Assembly (NCBI GenBank): GCA_016748015.1
Contig: JAAOMT010000368.1
Span: 1 to 22,746, forward strand
Reading direction: 5' to 3'
Length of the DNA: 22,746 nucleotides
From: Geosiphon pyriformis uo1
Taxonomy: Eukaryota; Fungi; Glomeromycota
Shown here: positions 10,490 through 21,987 of the stretch, piece after piece
Position numbering within the stretch: the first letter of the stretch is position 1
Layout of the letters: every line of letters starts with the position of its first letter
Position numbers and translations under genes: made by a program
Notes under the pieces: generated by a model
What the model saw: only the letters and a program-made list of their open reading frames with translations
Databases searched by the model: none
What the model was told of the DNA's origin: nothing

Positions 10490-11450
10490 GCGGTTATGGT
10501 TTGGTTTTAATGTTTAATGTGCAAGGAACACCCATCGTATTTATACTGTTTCTATTAATTTATATCCGCAGTACTCGTTTGGTCTCATGGGCTGCGTATC
10601 GGCATCAATATTCGACAAATGTTTACCATTCCGACTTACGCTGATTTATCGGAATAATTTTACCGATTGATTTGTGAAACTTGCACAAAGCCACGTTTCA
10701 AAAATTAATAAGCAAATAGGAAAGGATCACGCTCTCGCAGTTCCTTCATCTTCCCACGATCCAATTGAACCTTGAATATGGACATATTTGCCGCAAAAGT
10801 GGTTTCGCAAATAATGCAATCTTGCGTTTTAAGCGGCTCGTGATATTTAAAAAAGTCAGATTTGAATAACTTCGTGATATGTTTTAAGATACGCAGACTT
10901 GTTAATGACTGCGGGCGATAATGTGGAATTTTTTCTTCAAAATGATGAAATTTCTTAAGCTTTAGTCATAATGACCAAAACTGACCTCACTGATAAGCTA
11001 ATCATTTATTACCAATATAAATATTTATTTGCTTTAATTATAATGAGTTGCTCCGCCTACAATGATGATGATATCGACCTCAGACTTTTTCATAATGTTT
11101 CCGGCAGGAGATGCAATTTCTTCCGAGGTTCCGGTATAATTAATTAACAAAGAAATGATGATCGATAATACACCATATGATAACCAGCTGACCATAAGAT
11201 AATAAATCATTCCGAAGTTGTACGTTTTATTGTCTAATAAAGCATTTTAAATAGTTCCGGAAAATATGTAATACTTAGGCTTCGGGGCTTCGGAAGTTAT
11301 CAATAATATATTACTTAAAATATATGTTCATGAGACTTCAATGAAAGAAAGGAATGATAAATTCAATGGAGGTTTGTATCCGAAGATATCCTATCTAATT
11401 AATAAATTAATAAGTATATACATGCAATATATATAACCAAGCCGGGAGTT
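10490..11450. promoter_or_regulatory. CpG-rich upstream region of the WGR gene with clustered TTCCG/CGGAA motifs
   Basis: TTCCG or CGGAA at about 10629, 10650, 11099, 11121, 11129, 11211, 11255 (palindromic TTCCGGAA) and 11291, in a window where CpG is otherwise scarce. No long ORF is present. Confidence 0.4.
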
Positions 11451-14081
11451 TAGCATTTTATCCATCATGATCCATGATCGATGTTTGTCATTTTAGGATT
11501 TCACAAAAACTTATCTATTTGTTTCACTTTTGAGGTAACTGAATATTAAAAGAAATTGTTTATTTACACAAACGCATTTGCACAAAAGTAAATAAAATTC
11601 ACTTAGTTACTAAATCCTCTGTTTCATAATTATTAAAGAAATTTTATGTTTGAATTGATAACTGTAGATACAAAACACAAACTCGTGTATAACCTCAAAT
11701 TCTTTAATGATGATTATTATGTTGTTTCATAAAAACCTAAAAACTTGAATTTAAGTAACACCTCATGTCAAAAACCTTGTGAAGGGTTTTGATAAAACAA
11801 GAAACAGCGTTTTCTAATCTTTAAATAATAATATGATTTACATTTGAGTTCCAAGATTAATTTTAAATGTTGATAAACTCTGAGCTTGTTCTTTCAACAA
11901 TCAATCTGTTATAGAACAATTTTGATTATTGTTTTCTTTGAAAAAAAAAAGACAATAAAATTGATAAACTCAAAAGAGCCTATTAATAAAAGAATTGTCA
12001 GCCTTTTTAATTTTTGTATTTTTCTGTTATAAATCTTAATGACTAGAGAAGGTGTTTATATCAATCGTCTTAATAAATATCTTTTGTAAATAGCATTTAA
12101 ATTTCTATGCTTAAATTTTATTCTCTGACAAAAATTGTCCCTTTAAAAATATTTATAGGGTTAAGAGTTTCTGTAACTTGATATTCCATTTTGGGCTTTA
12201 AAAAATCTATCTCATTATTAATGCTTTGATTCAAAATAAATATCCCTTAGTTTTCCTTTTATATTTTGATTACGAGATTCGAATGACAGAGCTTTAAAAA
12301 AAAACCGTCTTTTAAAAACATGTTTGTAAGTTTTTTTTAGACATTTGCTAACTTTTTAAAGCAATTTTCAAATTTATTCAATTTCGGAATATATATGGAA
12401 GTTTGGAGTTAAAGTTTGTTTTGTTTGTGACAAGGGCAAAAATCTTGTATGTTGTGACTTTTGAATTTCAAACGAGGAAAATATTTTCAACTTTTCGCCT
12501 ATCAATTCTATTTTAGTCGAGTTTTTAAACATCAAAAGTTTTGATATGAATTACCAAGTGGATAAACAAATAATTGCTCTTGGGTGCATTGAACCAAAGA
12601 AGTGGTCAAATCCTTTTAGCTCACTTTGTTTTGAATCATAATTGCGATACGTTTGAGAAATGAAGTAGCAAAAAAAACTAAAACTTTTAAAAATAATTTT
12701 AGAATCAGGGTGCTAAAGTTCGTTCAGGAAGATAACTATAATAGTTATATTTTCGAATTTTTTATGCATTCTGATGATTATTAAATAAAGAATTGATTTA
12801 TTAATTTACGTGAAGAACGAAACTTTTTATTAAGAACATTCCTTGATATAAAGTCAAGCATTTTAAATTTTTTGCAAAAAAAATTCCAAATCGTAATGTC
12901 AAAAAGTATTACTCATGTGTATAAGTAAATACAGCTACAACCCATTTATATCCCTGCCCCATCTCAAATATCTCCCTTAACTTGCCAAGAACAAACATCC
13001 CAAGATAAGCAAGCATTTTTGTCCACTTATATTCCTTTCAAATCTATCTTTACCCAAAAATTCTCACAACTTCTTGTTATATTCCAACCCTTCTTTGAAT
13101 CTATCATAATATTTTATTCATTTATATTTCTGACTGAGTAATTGCAAGGCTGGAACTAAAAGAAATTAACAGAAGGAATTCTATAAATATAAAAGCCTGT
13201 TACTAATCAAAATAAAAAACACAGTGGAAATTCAAGTAATGAACTGGACAGAATTTGACCTTGGATTTCAGACACTAATTTGAATTGTGTTTGAATTTCT
13301 AACTGACATACATCTGAATTCCAACATTAATTCAGACCTAAATTTGTAATTTAAAAACTATGAAGCAAACACAATATTTAAAAATAAATTATACCGGTAT
13401 TAGTTATTTTATTTTGAATTTCAATAATTTTATAACAGTCATTGTCACTATTATATAAAATGCTGTATTTTCATGGTTGATCATTAAGTTGATAAAAACA
13501 TGAAATAACAGTTGATGTGTAATAGGATTCATAATATTGAATAATTCATTTGGGAAGAAAAAATTTATAAAAATAAGATGAGTAAGTAATTTGGAAAATT
13601 TTCAACAAGAATAATATAATATAAACAATATGAAACATTATATAATTTGTAGTAACATGTTTTGTTAAAAAACTGCATGTTATTATATATAATTTAAGCT
13701 TATAGATAAATTTATATTTTTTATCTTGTTTTTTATTTAATATTTGACTTTTTTTAACAAAAAATTTTGTCAATTGATAAAAAATTTTTAAAAAGAAACA
13801 TGAGAAAAAATGCTTTATATCATTTGAACCCAAAAATAAAATTATTGTAAAAAAAACATAACAACTTGGTACAATTATGCAGTCTTAATTATTCAATTAT
13901 CAACAATATTATTTTGATATTGTTAAAAGTGCAATATATATAAATGATTTATGATTTTCAAAAGTTGAAAAAAAAGTACAAGGATTTTATGAAAAATTTG
14001 TTAATTCTCAAGTAGATTTATTTACAAATTTCTTTTAAAATTATATTCGTTTAAATAATTTCATGTTTTTGAAATACAAAG

Positions 14082-15665
14082 TTAATTCCTAGGGCTTTCT
14101 CCATAAACTTTAACTTTAATTTTTTTAATCAGATTATAGTCAATAATCAAATCTAAATGTTCTTCACCATCACATTCACAATAAGAAATTTCTGGTCGTA
14201 TGAAATCATTCATAATATTTAAGAAATATTTCAAAGTTTCATAATCAAAATTTATCGAAATCTCTAAATGTAAAAAATCTAAATTTTTTAATAGTTTTTG
14301 ATGAATTTTACAAAGATCAATTAATTGATTGAGATGTAACATGTAGGGTAAACTCGCAGAAGAATCATAAAGAATTAATTCTTTTAAATTTGGACATGAA
14401 ATTAGCAGGTTGTGGATGGATGCTATGGTTTCTCGACTTATATGACAATATAGTTTTTCAAGATTAGGGCAATTTTCGGCTATAATCCAAAGAATTTGAT
14501 TAGAATTGTTTAAAGATTTAGTCACAGTGCCGCCGATTATGATTGTTTTCAATTCGGTATTTGAATGTCGGATCATATCGATTACTATATCCTCTGATAT
14601 TACCGTTGAAATATTTAATTTCTTCAATTTTATAATTTTCATGGAAATAAATGAATGACCCCATTGAGGATAGGGCTCTCCATCACAATCAAAAATATGA
14701 AATTCTTTAAGTTTTTTACATTCAGATAAGCTGGTAAGACAAGACCAACCCAAAGTTGAGATACGGGTAATTGATAAACGACAAAATGTTTTTGATTGAG
14801 TTTTTAATGCTTGACAAATAGAATTCATTATTGTAGAGTCATCTTTCCAATTCCCTAGATCAAGTTCCTGAAGCCCCTTTTGTGATTCAATCAATTTGAT
14901 TAAGATAGGAAGTTGAATTTTTTGGTGATTGGTTGAAAAATTATGGACCAAGTTTCGATCTAAAGGTTGCCAAATTTTTATTTTTTTCAGATTACAAGTT
15001 GCCGATGCGAGTCGTAATAAGAAAAAGTTTGGATTGCGGAATTTTGTTATGGTTAAAATTTTTATTGAAGTTGCCCGATTAAGTAACATTTTAAATAGAA
15101 TTTGAGTGATTAAATTTTCACAATTTTCTCGATATTTTTGAGAATCGGTAACGTATTTTGCTCCATTTTTTGGTGTGAAGATGCTGGTAGTGAGTTGATT
15201 GATTTTTGATGAACAGCGGAGACTATAAAAAATTGATTTTCTCTTCCTTATTGCCTTAACCCTCGACAAAGCAAACCAACAATTAACCCCGTCAACAAGT
15301 TGTTCAATATCAATAGTTTGAGAAAAGGAAGCGTAATCAATGTTTATAGTTCTCCTTATTTTTGACAGTATAATTCCTCCTTCCTTTAAACTTTTTCTGG
15401 AATCTTTATCCAATATTGAAAGGTAAGTCTCAATTAGGATGGGAGCTTTTTGACGCCAAACTTGTACCGATTCGGTGGTATCAGTTCGTTTTTCCAATAA
15501 GAGATTGAATGGGTTTTGCCAAAGAGTTTGGGTGGCGGGAAAGTTCCAACTTCGATTTATTAAGAGACAATTATATAGGGTAAAGAGATCTGTTGTTTGG
15601 ATTGAGTTGATAATATGCTGGATACATTCTAATGGGAGTGTGTTTGCTGGTGCTAGCGATGTCAT
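14082..15665 (-). CDS. F-box-like / RNI-type leucine-rich-repeat protein (527 aa, single exon)
   Basis: N-terminal LPLECIQHII...LYNCLLINRSW...LWQNPF F-box-like motif typical of the expanded arbuscular mycorrhizal fungal family. C-terminal LRR-like units (LQELDL, CKKLKEFHI, CPNLEKLY, CPNLKELIL). Confidence 0.9.
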   Translation of the reverse strand: MTSLAPANTLPLECIQHIINSIQTTDLFTLYNCLLINRSWNFPATQTLWQNPFNLLLEKRTDTTESVQVWRQKAPILIETYLSILDKDSRKSLKEGGIILSKIRRTINIDYASFSQTIDIEQLVDGVNCWFALSRVKAIRKRKSIFYSLRCSSKINQLTTSIFTPKNGAKYVTDSQKYRENCENLITQILFKMLLNRATSIKILTITKFRNPNFFLLRLASATCNLKKIKIWQPLDRNLVHNFSTNHQKIQLPILIKLIESQKGLQELDLGNWKDDSTIMNSICQALKTQSKTFCRLSITRISTLGWSCLTSLSECKKLKEFHIFDCDGEPYPQWGHSFISMKIIKLKKLNISTVISEDIVIDMIRHSNTELKTIIIGGTVTKSLNNSNQILWIIAENCPNLEKLYCHISRETIASIHNLLISCPNLKELILYDSSASLPYMLHLNQLIDLCKIHQKLLKNLDFLHLEISINFDYETLKYFLNIMNDFIRPEISYCECDGEEHLDLIIDYNLIKKIKVKVYGESPRN

Positions 15666-16241
15666 TTTTTTGATAAAAAAATTAAAGTGGCTACCTTTTT
15701 TTTTTCATTTATAAAGATTTTAACAATTTTTTGATTAGAACGAAATGCAATATGTTTCATCAACTTTCATTACATTACTTTGCATAAAAAAAATTTCCTG
15801 TTAGATATGCCGGATGAGGTCATAAACTTTATTCAGGAGGAGGAGGATCATCAGTTTTTTCGGAATTTTATTTTTATTAAAATTTCTAATATTGCTAATA
15901 ATTTTGTCAACGTGTGCTTTATATTTACATGCATTTAGACTAAGTGCATGTGTTCAAGATTTTTCACCTGTTGTGTATCCCTGAAGTATGTCATAGTGTG
16001 GACATACAAAAATGGCTAGGAATTCATTCCTTAAAAAAATCCAATAGCGTTTATCATATTTATCCATTTTGATCATTATCTAAATTATATTTCTAGAGAA
16101 GATGAATATATTTTTGAAAAAAGGTTTTATAAGAAAATTAAGAAATTAAAATTTAAAATTTTATACTCAATAATTAAATTAAAGGAGAGTGTAGTAATAT
16201 TTTTGATTTATAAAACAAACATTTTCACGAAAAATAATATG

Positions 16242-16282
16242 AATTATCGGTTAAATTATCGGTTAAATTATCGGTTAAATTA
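16242..16282. repeat. Perfect 12-bp tandem repeat (aattatcggtta)x3 plus aatta
   Basis: Read directly: aattatcggtta aattatcggtta aattatcggtta aatta. Confidence 0.95.
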
Positions 16283-17799
16283 AAAAAAAAAAACATTTTC
16301 GATATCTCAAAGAATGGCATTCGGATAATATTAATTTTCAATATCTGTATTAAATAAAAGGTTTATTCACAATGATTTCATCTTAGTGATAAAACACAAT
16401 AATTAACATGTTTTTTAAAAGTCAAAAAAAAAAAAAATTTAAAAAAGTAAATTATTTTTTTCTTGTACAATATGTGTCAGAACCAATACCAGCTAGAAAA
16501 TTTTTAAATGCAATATATGCATAATGATGATCAAAAAGCTAGAATTAATTTGATCTCTGTTTTTTTGAACAAATCAAAAAGCACTCCAAGTTTTTATACA
16601 TGCTTTTTAGTTTTAATACTAGAGCTCATACCTTTACTTATTCTTCCCACGGCCTAGATACGAACAATGTGAATTCAATAGTGGATGAAAAAATCCAAAT
16701 GAACATTGTTCACCCAATCTGGTAAGATTTTAATGATGCTACTGGTGACCTTTCTATTTCCAAAGAAAAAGTTTAGTTTAGTTTCTTTTATGCTTTATCC
16801 GGAAAAACGTTTATTAAAATGCTAATCAAATTTCTCAACTTTATTAAATGCTTTAATAACTGAAACCTTTAGAAATACTCCTAACTCTCAGAACATTCAA
16901 AAATCTTGAGTACATGTATAACACAGTGAAAAAGTCAAACGTTTTAAGATGTCATAATATTCATTCAAATACAAACTAATAGTAAAATATCATTTAAGTT
17001 TTACGGCACCAATAAAATTCATATACCTAAATAAAAATCACTGGATTCGATCACTTATTATAAACTTAATGATGATATCAATTTTTTATTGGTAAAAGAA
17101 TTTTTAAACCCAATTTTAAAGTTGAAATTTTTTTTTAATTAAACGACAAATACGATTTGAAACCATATTAATAGCTTAAAAAACCATTTAAAAATGCTTT
17201 TTTAAATTATCTTATCTTTTTATTATCTTTTGAAAAGACTTGAGGGTTAAATTGAAAATTCTAATTTCAAATAATAGTTCTTGAATAGCTATTCAAATTT
17301 ACTATTATTTACATGTTACTTGTCATATATAATATTATGCATAATGATGTAATTATTATTTTTAGACAATAACTTCTATAATTCTGAATTTTAATTAAAT
17401 TTTTAATTTTAAAACATGTAATTATTGTTTTGTTGATTGTATAAAATCCAGTATATTTAATTAGCTATATGCAAAAAAAAAATTTCGAATCAATAAAATA
17501 TTGCTCTATGATGGTCGAAGTTACATGATGCAAAAGTTATTTTTTTTTGGAACACGTGAATTTGTGTGTGAATTAAAAAAGTTGGTCTTTAAATTAATAA
17601 CTTTCAAACTCAAATTAAATAATTTTAAACTCATAAATGAAAATCCGAAAGTGAGTAAATTCGTATATTTATATATTAAAAACCAATAATCTAAAAATGA
17701 TTTTTACAAGTTTGCAAGAAATTTAATTTTTTTCATAAAATATCACCGCGCTGAAAGTTAAGCTAATATCAAAAAGCTGCTTAAGAAAGTCTCCTTCGA

Positions 17800-18790
17800 T
17801 CAATCTACCTTCAAAGATTTTAATTTGGGCATTTCCAAACGATATTTTCTCGGAATTCTTGTAACAATTACCTTTGAAACATTGACCCAATTTTTGCCAT
17901 GTTCTTTAATTGCTTTAATTAAGGCCTCTGCCTCTATTAAATGCCTTATTCCGGTTTTAAAACGGTTTCGAGCTTTTGGTGAATTGCGAGAATTTTGTCG
18001 GATGCGTCGCAACGACCGCCCTGGTAGACATTTCTGAATTTTTTCCCGATCTGGTCCAAATTCTTCTATGGCTTTGACTAATTTTTCAAACTCCTCGGCT
18101 TTCCAACGGCTTGTTTGAACCCCGTGGGTTAAATATTCACTATACCGTCTTGATATATTCCTAGGAGCTCTTTGTAGAAGATGACTGATTCTCTGCCATT
18201 GCTGGCCATATTGTTGAATCAGATTTAGCAATTCTTTATCTTCCTCCTTTGTCCATAATCCCTGTTTTTGGTATTTGTTTACATAGTAATAACGCTTACG
18301 CAAATCTCTAGCAGCTTTTTGAGAAAACTTGCCCTTCGATAATATGGCCTTCCTGTCAATTTTTTGTATGGTCAAATATTTTTCTACCGCAGATTTCAGC
18401 TCTCTATCTTCTTTTTTTGTCGATTTGATGGTATTTCGATTAAATTTTTCATCAGAAGCTGCGCCACTTTTTTGTATTTGGGACCATTGCTGAAATATGG
18501 CTCCACTCGTCCGTGAAGGAAAATATTTTTCGGCCAAAAGCTCCCAATCTGAGCCATGCTTTTTATGAACCGCTATTAATTCTTTCTTTTCGTCCAGGCT
18601 CCATCTCTGATAAGATCTTAAATGAGAAATCTTTTTTTGTATACATTCAGCAATCTTAAAAGTAGTTTTTTCACATATTAGATTATTCTAGGAGGATCAA
18701 GATATATGATCCAGTGAAAATTTTTCGCTAGCATAAATAGGGATCTTAAAGTTAATTTACCAAAGCTGGGAATCCCAATTTCATTTTCAT
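17800..18790 (-). CDS. Divergent five-repeat Myb/SANT protein, copy C (about 294 aa; exon 1 18790-18761, intron 18760-18655, exon 2 18654-17800)
   Basis: The frame stays open upstream of the track's TTG start (IAECIQKKISHLRSYQRWSLDEKKELIAVHKKHGSDWELL), completing repeat 1. Mini-exon MKMKLGFPAL is followed by a phase-0 GTAAAT...CTAAT...AAG intron of 106 nt at a position equivalent to that in the paralogs. It is colinear with copy B over all five repeats. Confidence 0.85.
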
Positions 18791-21700
18791 TATACTGCCA
18801 CGTTTGATAAGCATAGTGTGAGATTTGTTGAATTGTCAGCCACTTTGTTTTGTAATCTATTTATTTGCGATTTGTTCACATGATTATCCAAATTAGGCGA
18901 ACAGTTTTTTGTGATTTGTTATTTACTAATTTGTGCTACTCAATTTGTGATTTTTTTCGGAAAATCATATTTTTAATATTGCAAACAATACATGTATTAA
19001 CAAGAAATTGCGAGTCCATATTTGTTTTTGCATGACTTAACTCTATCGGTTTGAAATGGGATATCGTGTTTGTGATTTCAAAAATAATACATTTATTTAT
19101 TTTTTGTAGTCGATTATTCTCTTGACAAAAAGAAATATTTAAGAAGCTAAATATTTCCAAAGAAATAAAGTGACATTACCCGATTTTACAATAGTTTTAT
19201 GATTAATTTACCCTATTTAGTAACAATATCAATTATATATATTATGCATTAACGGTATCATGTAATCTAATTAGTATTCTTATTTGATCATTGATCTTTA
19301 GTAATGGTTTTTAGAATTATAAAAAATATCAGTTTCCATTGTTTTCAACCAAGTTAGAAATTAATTTCTTTTTAACAAACAGAATTACCATGAAAACTTA
19401 AAAAGTTTGTTCTTGTAGTTTACTTTGAAAAAAATTAATTATTGAATTGATTAAACTTTAAATTTTTTGTCAATAATTTATTAATTGTATTATGTGGATT
19501 TTACATATCAAATTAATTTTCTAGTTTCAAAACTTTTGTTTGATATTTTTAAAATATATTTTTATTTTATTATATAATTATAATCAATCTTGATTTTTCT
19601 TTTTCTTTTTCTTTTTTATCTTATTTTTATTTTTAATCAATTTATTTACTTTTATTTATTAACTTGTTATTTTAATTTTTGAAAATAATAACTTAGAATT
19701 GATAAATTGAAATTAATAACTATAAACTATATTATATTTTCTTAAGTGCATTTTGGTTTAAATAAGCAAAAATTCTAAAAAATACTAATAGATGGTTTAT
19801 ATAGCAATTTTTTATTGAAAATATATTAAACTTGCAAAATAACTTTCTGTGAACTATGTTACATAAAATTCTTTGATTTTCAATAATTGTGATAGATGTA
19901 AAAATTATTGACTTATATGGTCACAAGATTTATTACAATTTCCAATTTAAAAAATAACTTTATGCTCTTAAATCATATTTAATTTTAAAAATATTGATTA
20001 TACTAATAAACAGCAAAAAACAAGTTATTTAATTTTTAAAAAAAGTTTTATTTATTCAAAGTTTATTAATAAAAATAATTAAATAGCTTAGAGATATATT
20101 AAAAGTATCTTGTAAAAAAATTCTTATGAAAAATAGATTTGGTTTATTTTATAAAGCTTTATTTCTTAATTGAATCTGAAATTTAAAAACATTGGTATTG
20201 TCTCAAAAACAAATTATCATGTAAATTCTAATTGAATTTTGGTCTTTAAAATAAGACTTTCGTCATGGTCTCTTTTTTTAAATAATGCAACACAAGAATA
20301 TTTTCAAAATAAGTAAATAATACTAAAAACTTTGGGAAAAAAATTTATTTTAAAAATGTCAAATATAATCTTTTTCAATTATATAGGCATATAATCAAAT
20401 TTTGCATTAATTCAAAATTATTATTAAAAGGAATACATAATATCAGTATTTAAAGCAAGCTACTCTTGATTTATATTTTCTTTAGAAGCTCTGCCTGAAA
20501 TCTATTTTGAAAACCACACACTTTTTTTCGCAAAAGAAATTTTCCCATATATAAAATAAACTTTGAAAGTATAGAAAAAATATGAATCAAAAATCAGTTA
20601 TTCAAATTCTAAAGAAATTTGAATTAGCTGGAAAGCGCTAAAAAAATTAATGGATTTTCAAATTATAGTCTATCTTACTCTTATAACTACGAGTTTAGCT
20701 TATTATTCATGACCCTATAGTCATAATAAATTTATTAAAATAAATAATTGATCAAAAAAGTAATAGATTATTTATATCGTATGAAAATTGATAAAACTAA
20801 AAAAAAGGTAAAATTCTTATTTAAAAGATAAAAGCATTATAATTTTATAAATTAATTATGAATTTTTCAAATTCAAAAAGGTCATAAAAATATTTAATTT
20901 AAATTTGTAATATTTATTAAAAAGTGTTTAAAGAAAATTTTTTAAGAAATACCAATTTCAAAATCATTATTTGAGAAAAAAAATTATTTTTAATTTTGAA
21001 ATGTAATTATTTAAGCAATTAAGCTTTGATTTTTGATTCAGAAAAATATTATATTTAAATACCAAATAATAATTAATCATACAATTTTAAATTTATAAAT
21101 TAACTTAGTTTTTTTGTAATTTTTTATTTATTATGGTGAAAAACTTTTGATAGTAGTTAATTTACTAAATTTTCAATATAAATGTGTTATTAACAATCAT
21201 TTTCAAGATAAAATAAACATTTTGAAGTCGATAATGACATGGTCTTTTTTTCAAATTATTTACAATATATTTTTTGCGTACTACTGTTTCTCAAAATAGA
21301 ATATTAGAAGCTTTTATTTTGATTACCTGCAAAATAATTTAATCTGGTTATGCACTCCGCAAAATTATCGTTTTTATCACCCCTGAATTTCCTTAACACG
21401 ATTATAGCCGATTTCATTCAGGGTCAAATTGAACCTGACTTCAGAATTATATTTAAAAAAAAACCCTAAACTTTTCTAATCAACATTCATAAATGGATTT
21501 CTATATTGAAAAATGGTTCGTTAGTTATAATAATAATAATAAGGTTAATAGAGCGAACTTAAAAACTTCAAATGTCACATTATTCCTTGAAAAAAATTAT
21601 CCTTCAAAAAGTATCTCTAAGATGAACAAAAACAAGGCTGAGAGACAGTTTTACTTAGTAGTCTCTTTGCAGCAGCAAGAAAACTTTTTGAGCATATTTT

Positions 21701-21926
21701 TTATTTTTTTGAATAGAAAGGGCCAAAGAAATTTTAATTCCGAATTCTCAACTTCTGCTTTTGTAAATTGAATAATTTGCGGGATCATATCTTAATGTAA
21801 TAATTTAATTCAAATATCAAAATTAGTGTATCTAATTACAAGAACATACACATTAACCTAATTAAATGATTTTTTTACTTGATGGTAGAATACATATACA
21901 TCAGTTTGATCGACACGTTGATCATC

Positions 21927-21936
21927 TATATAAATA
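21927..21936 (+). promoter_or_regulatory. Putative TATA box (TATATAAATA) of Myb copy D
   Basis: Conserved with 6188-6197, about 130 nt upstream of the ATG at 22062. Confidence 0.5.
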
Positions 21937-21987
21937 TTGAATATCGCACTCAAAACATTTGTTTATCACTTATTTATTTTAAATCAT

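Noticed and set aside
12732-12748. Palindrome ataactat-a-atagttat, and a similar hairpin near 11768-11792
   Set aside because: Short and AT-rich, so expected by chance at this composition.
12929-13141. C-rich stop-free stretch (IQLQPIYIPAPSQISP...)
   Set aside because: It has no ATG start and no recognisable motif. It may be a decayed repeat fragment but cannot be supported.
16242-16282. CRISPR-like array
   Set aside because: The repeats are head-to-tail without spacers, the context is eukaryotic, and there are no cas genes.
5341-18037. Short antisense ORFs at 5341, 9887, 10047, 15475 and 17825
   Set aside because: They are shadows of real genes on the opposite strand with no recognisable motifs.
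2698-21771. Short ORFs at 2698, 3876, 4003, 4607, 7577, 13546, 17501, 18936 and 21493
   Set aside because: They are short, mostly F/K/I/N-rich products expected by chance in AT-rich DNA, with no recognisable domain.
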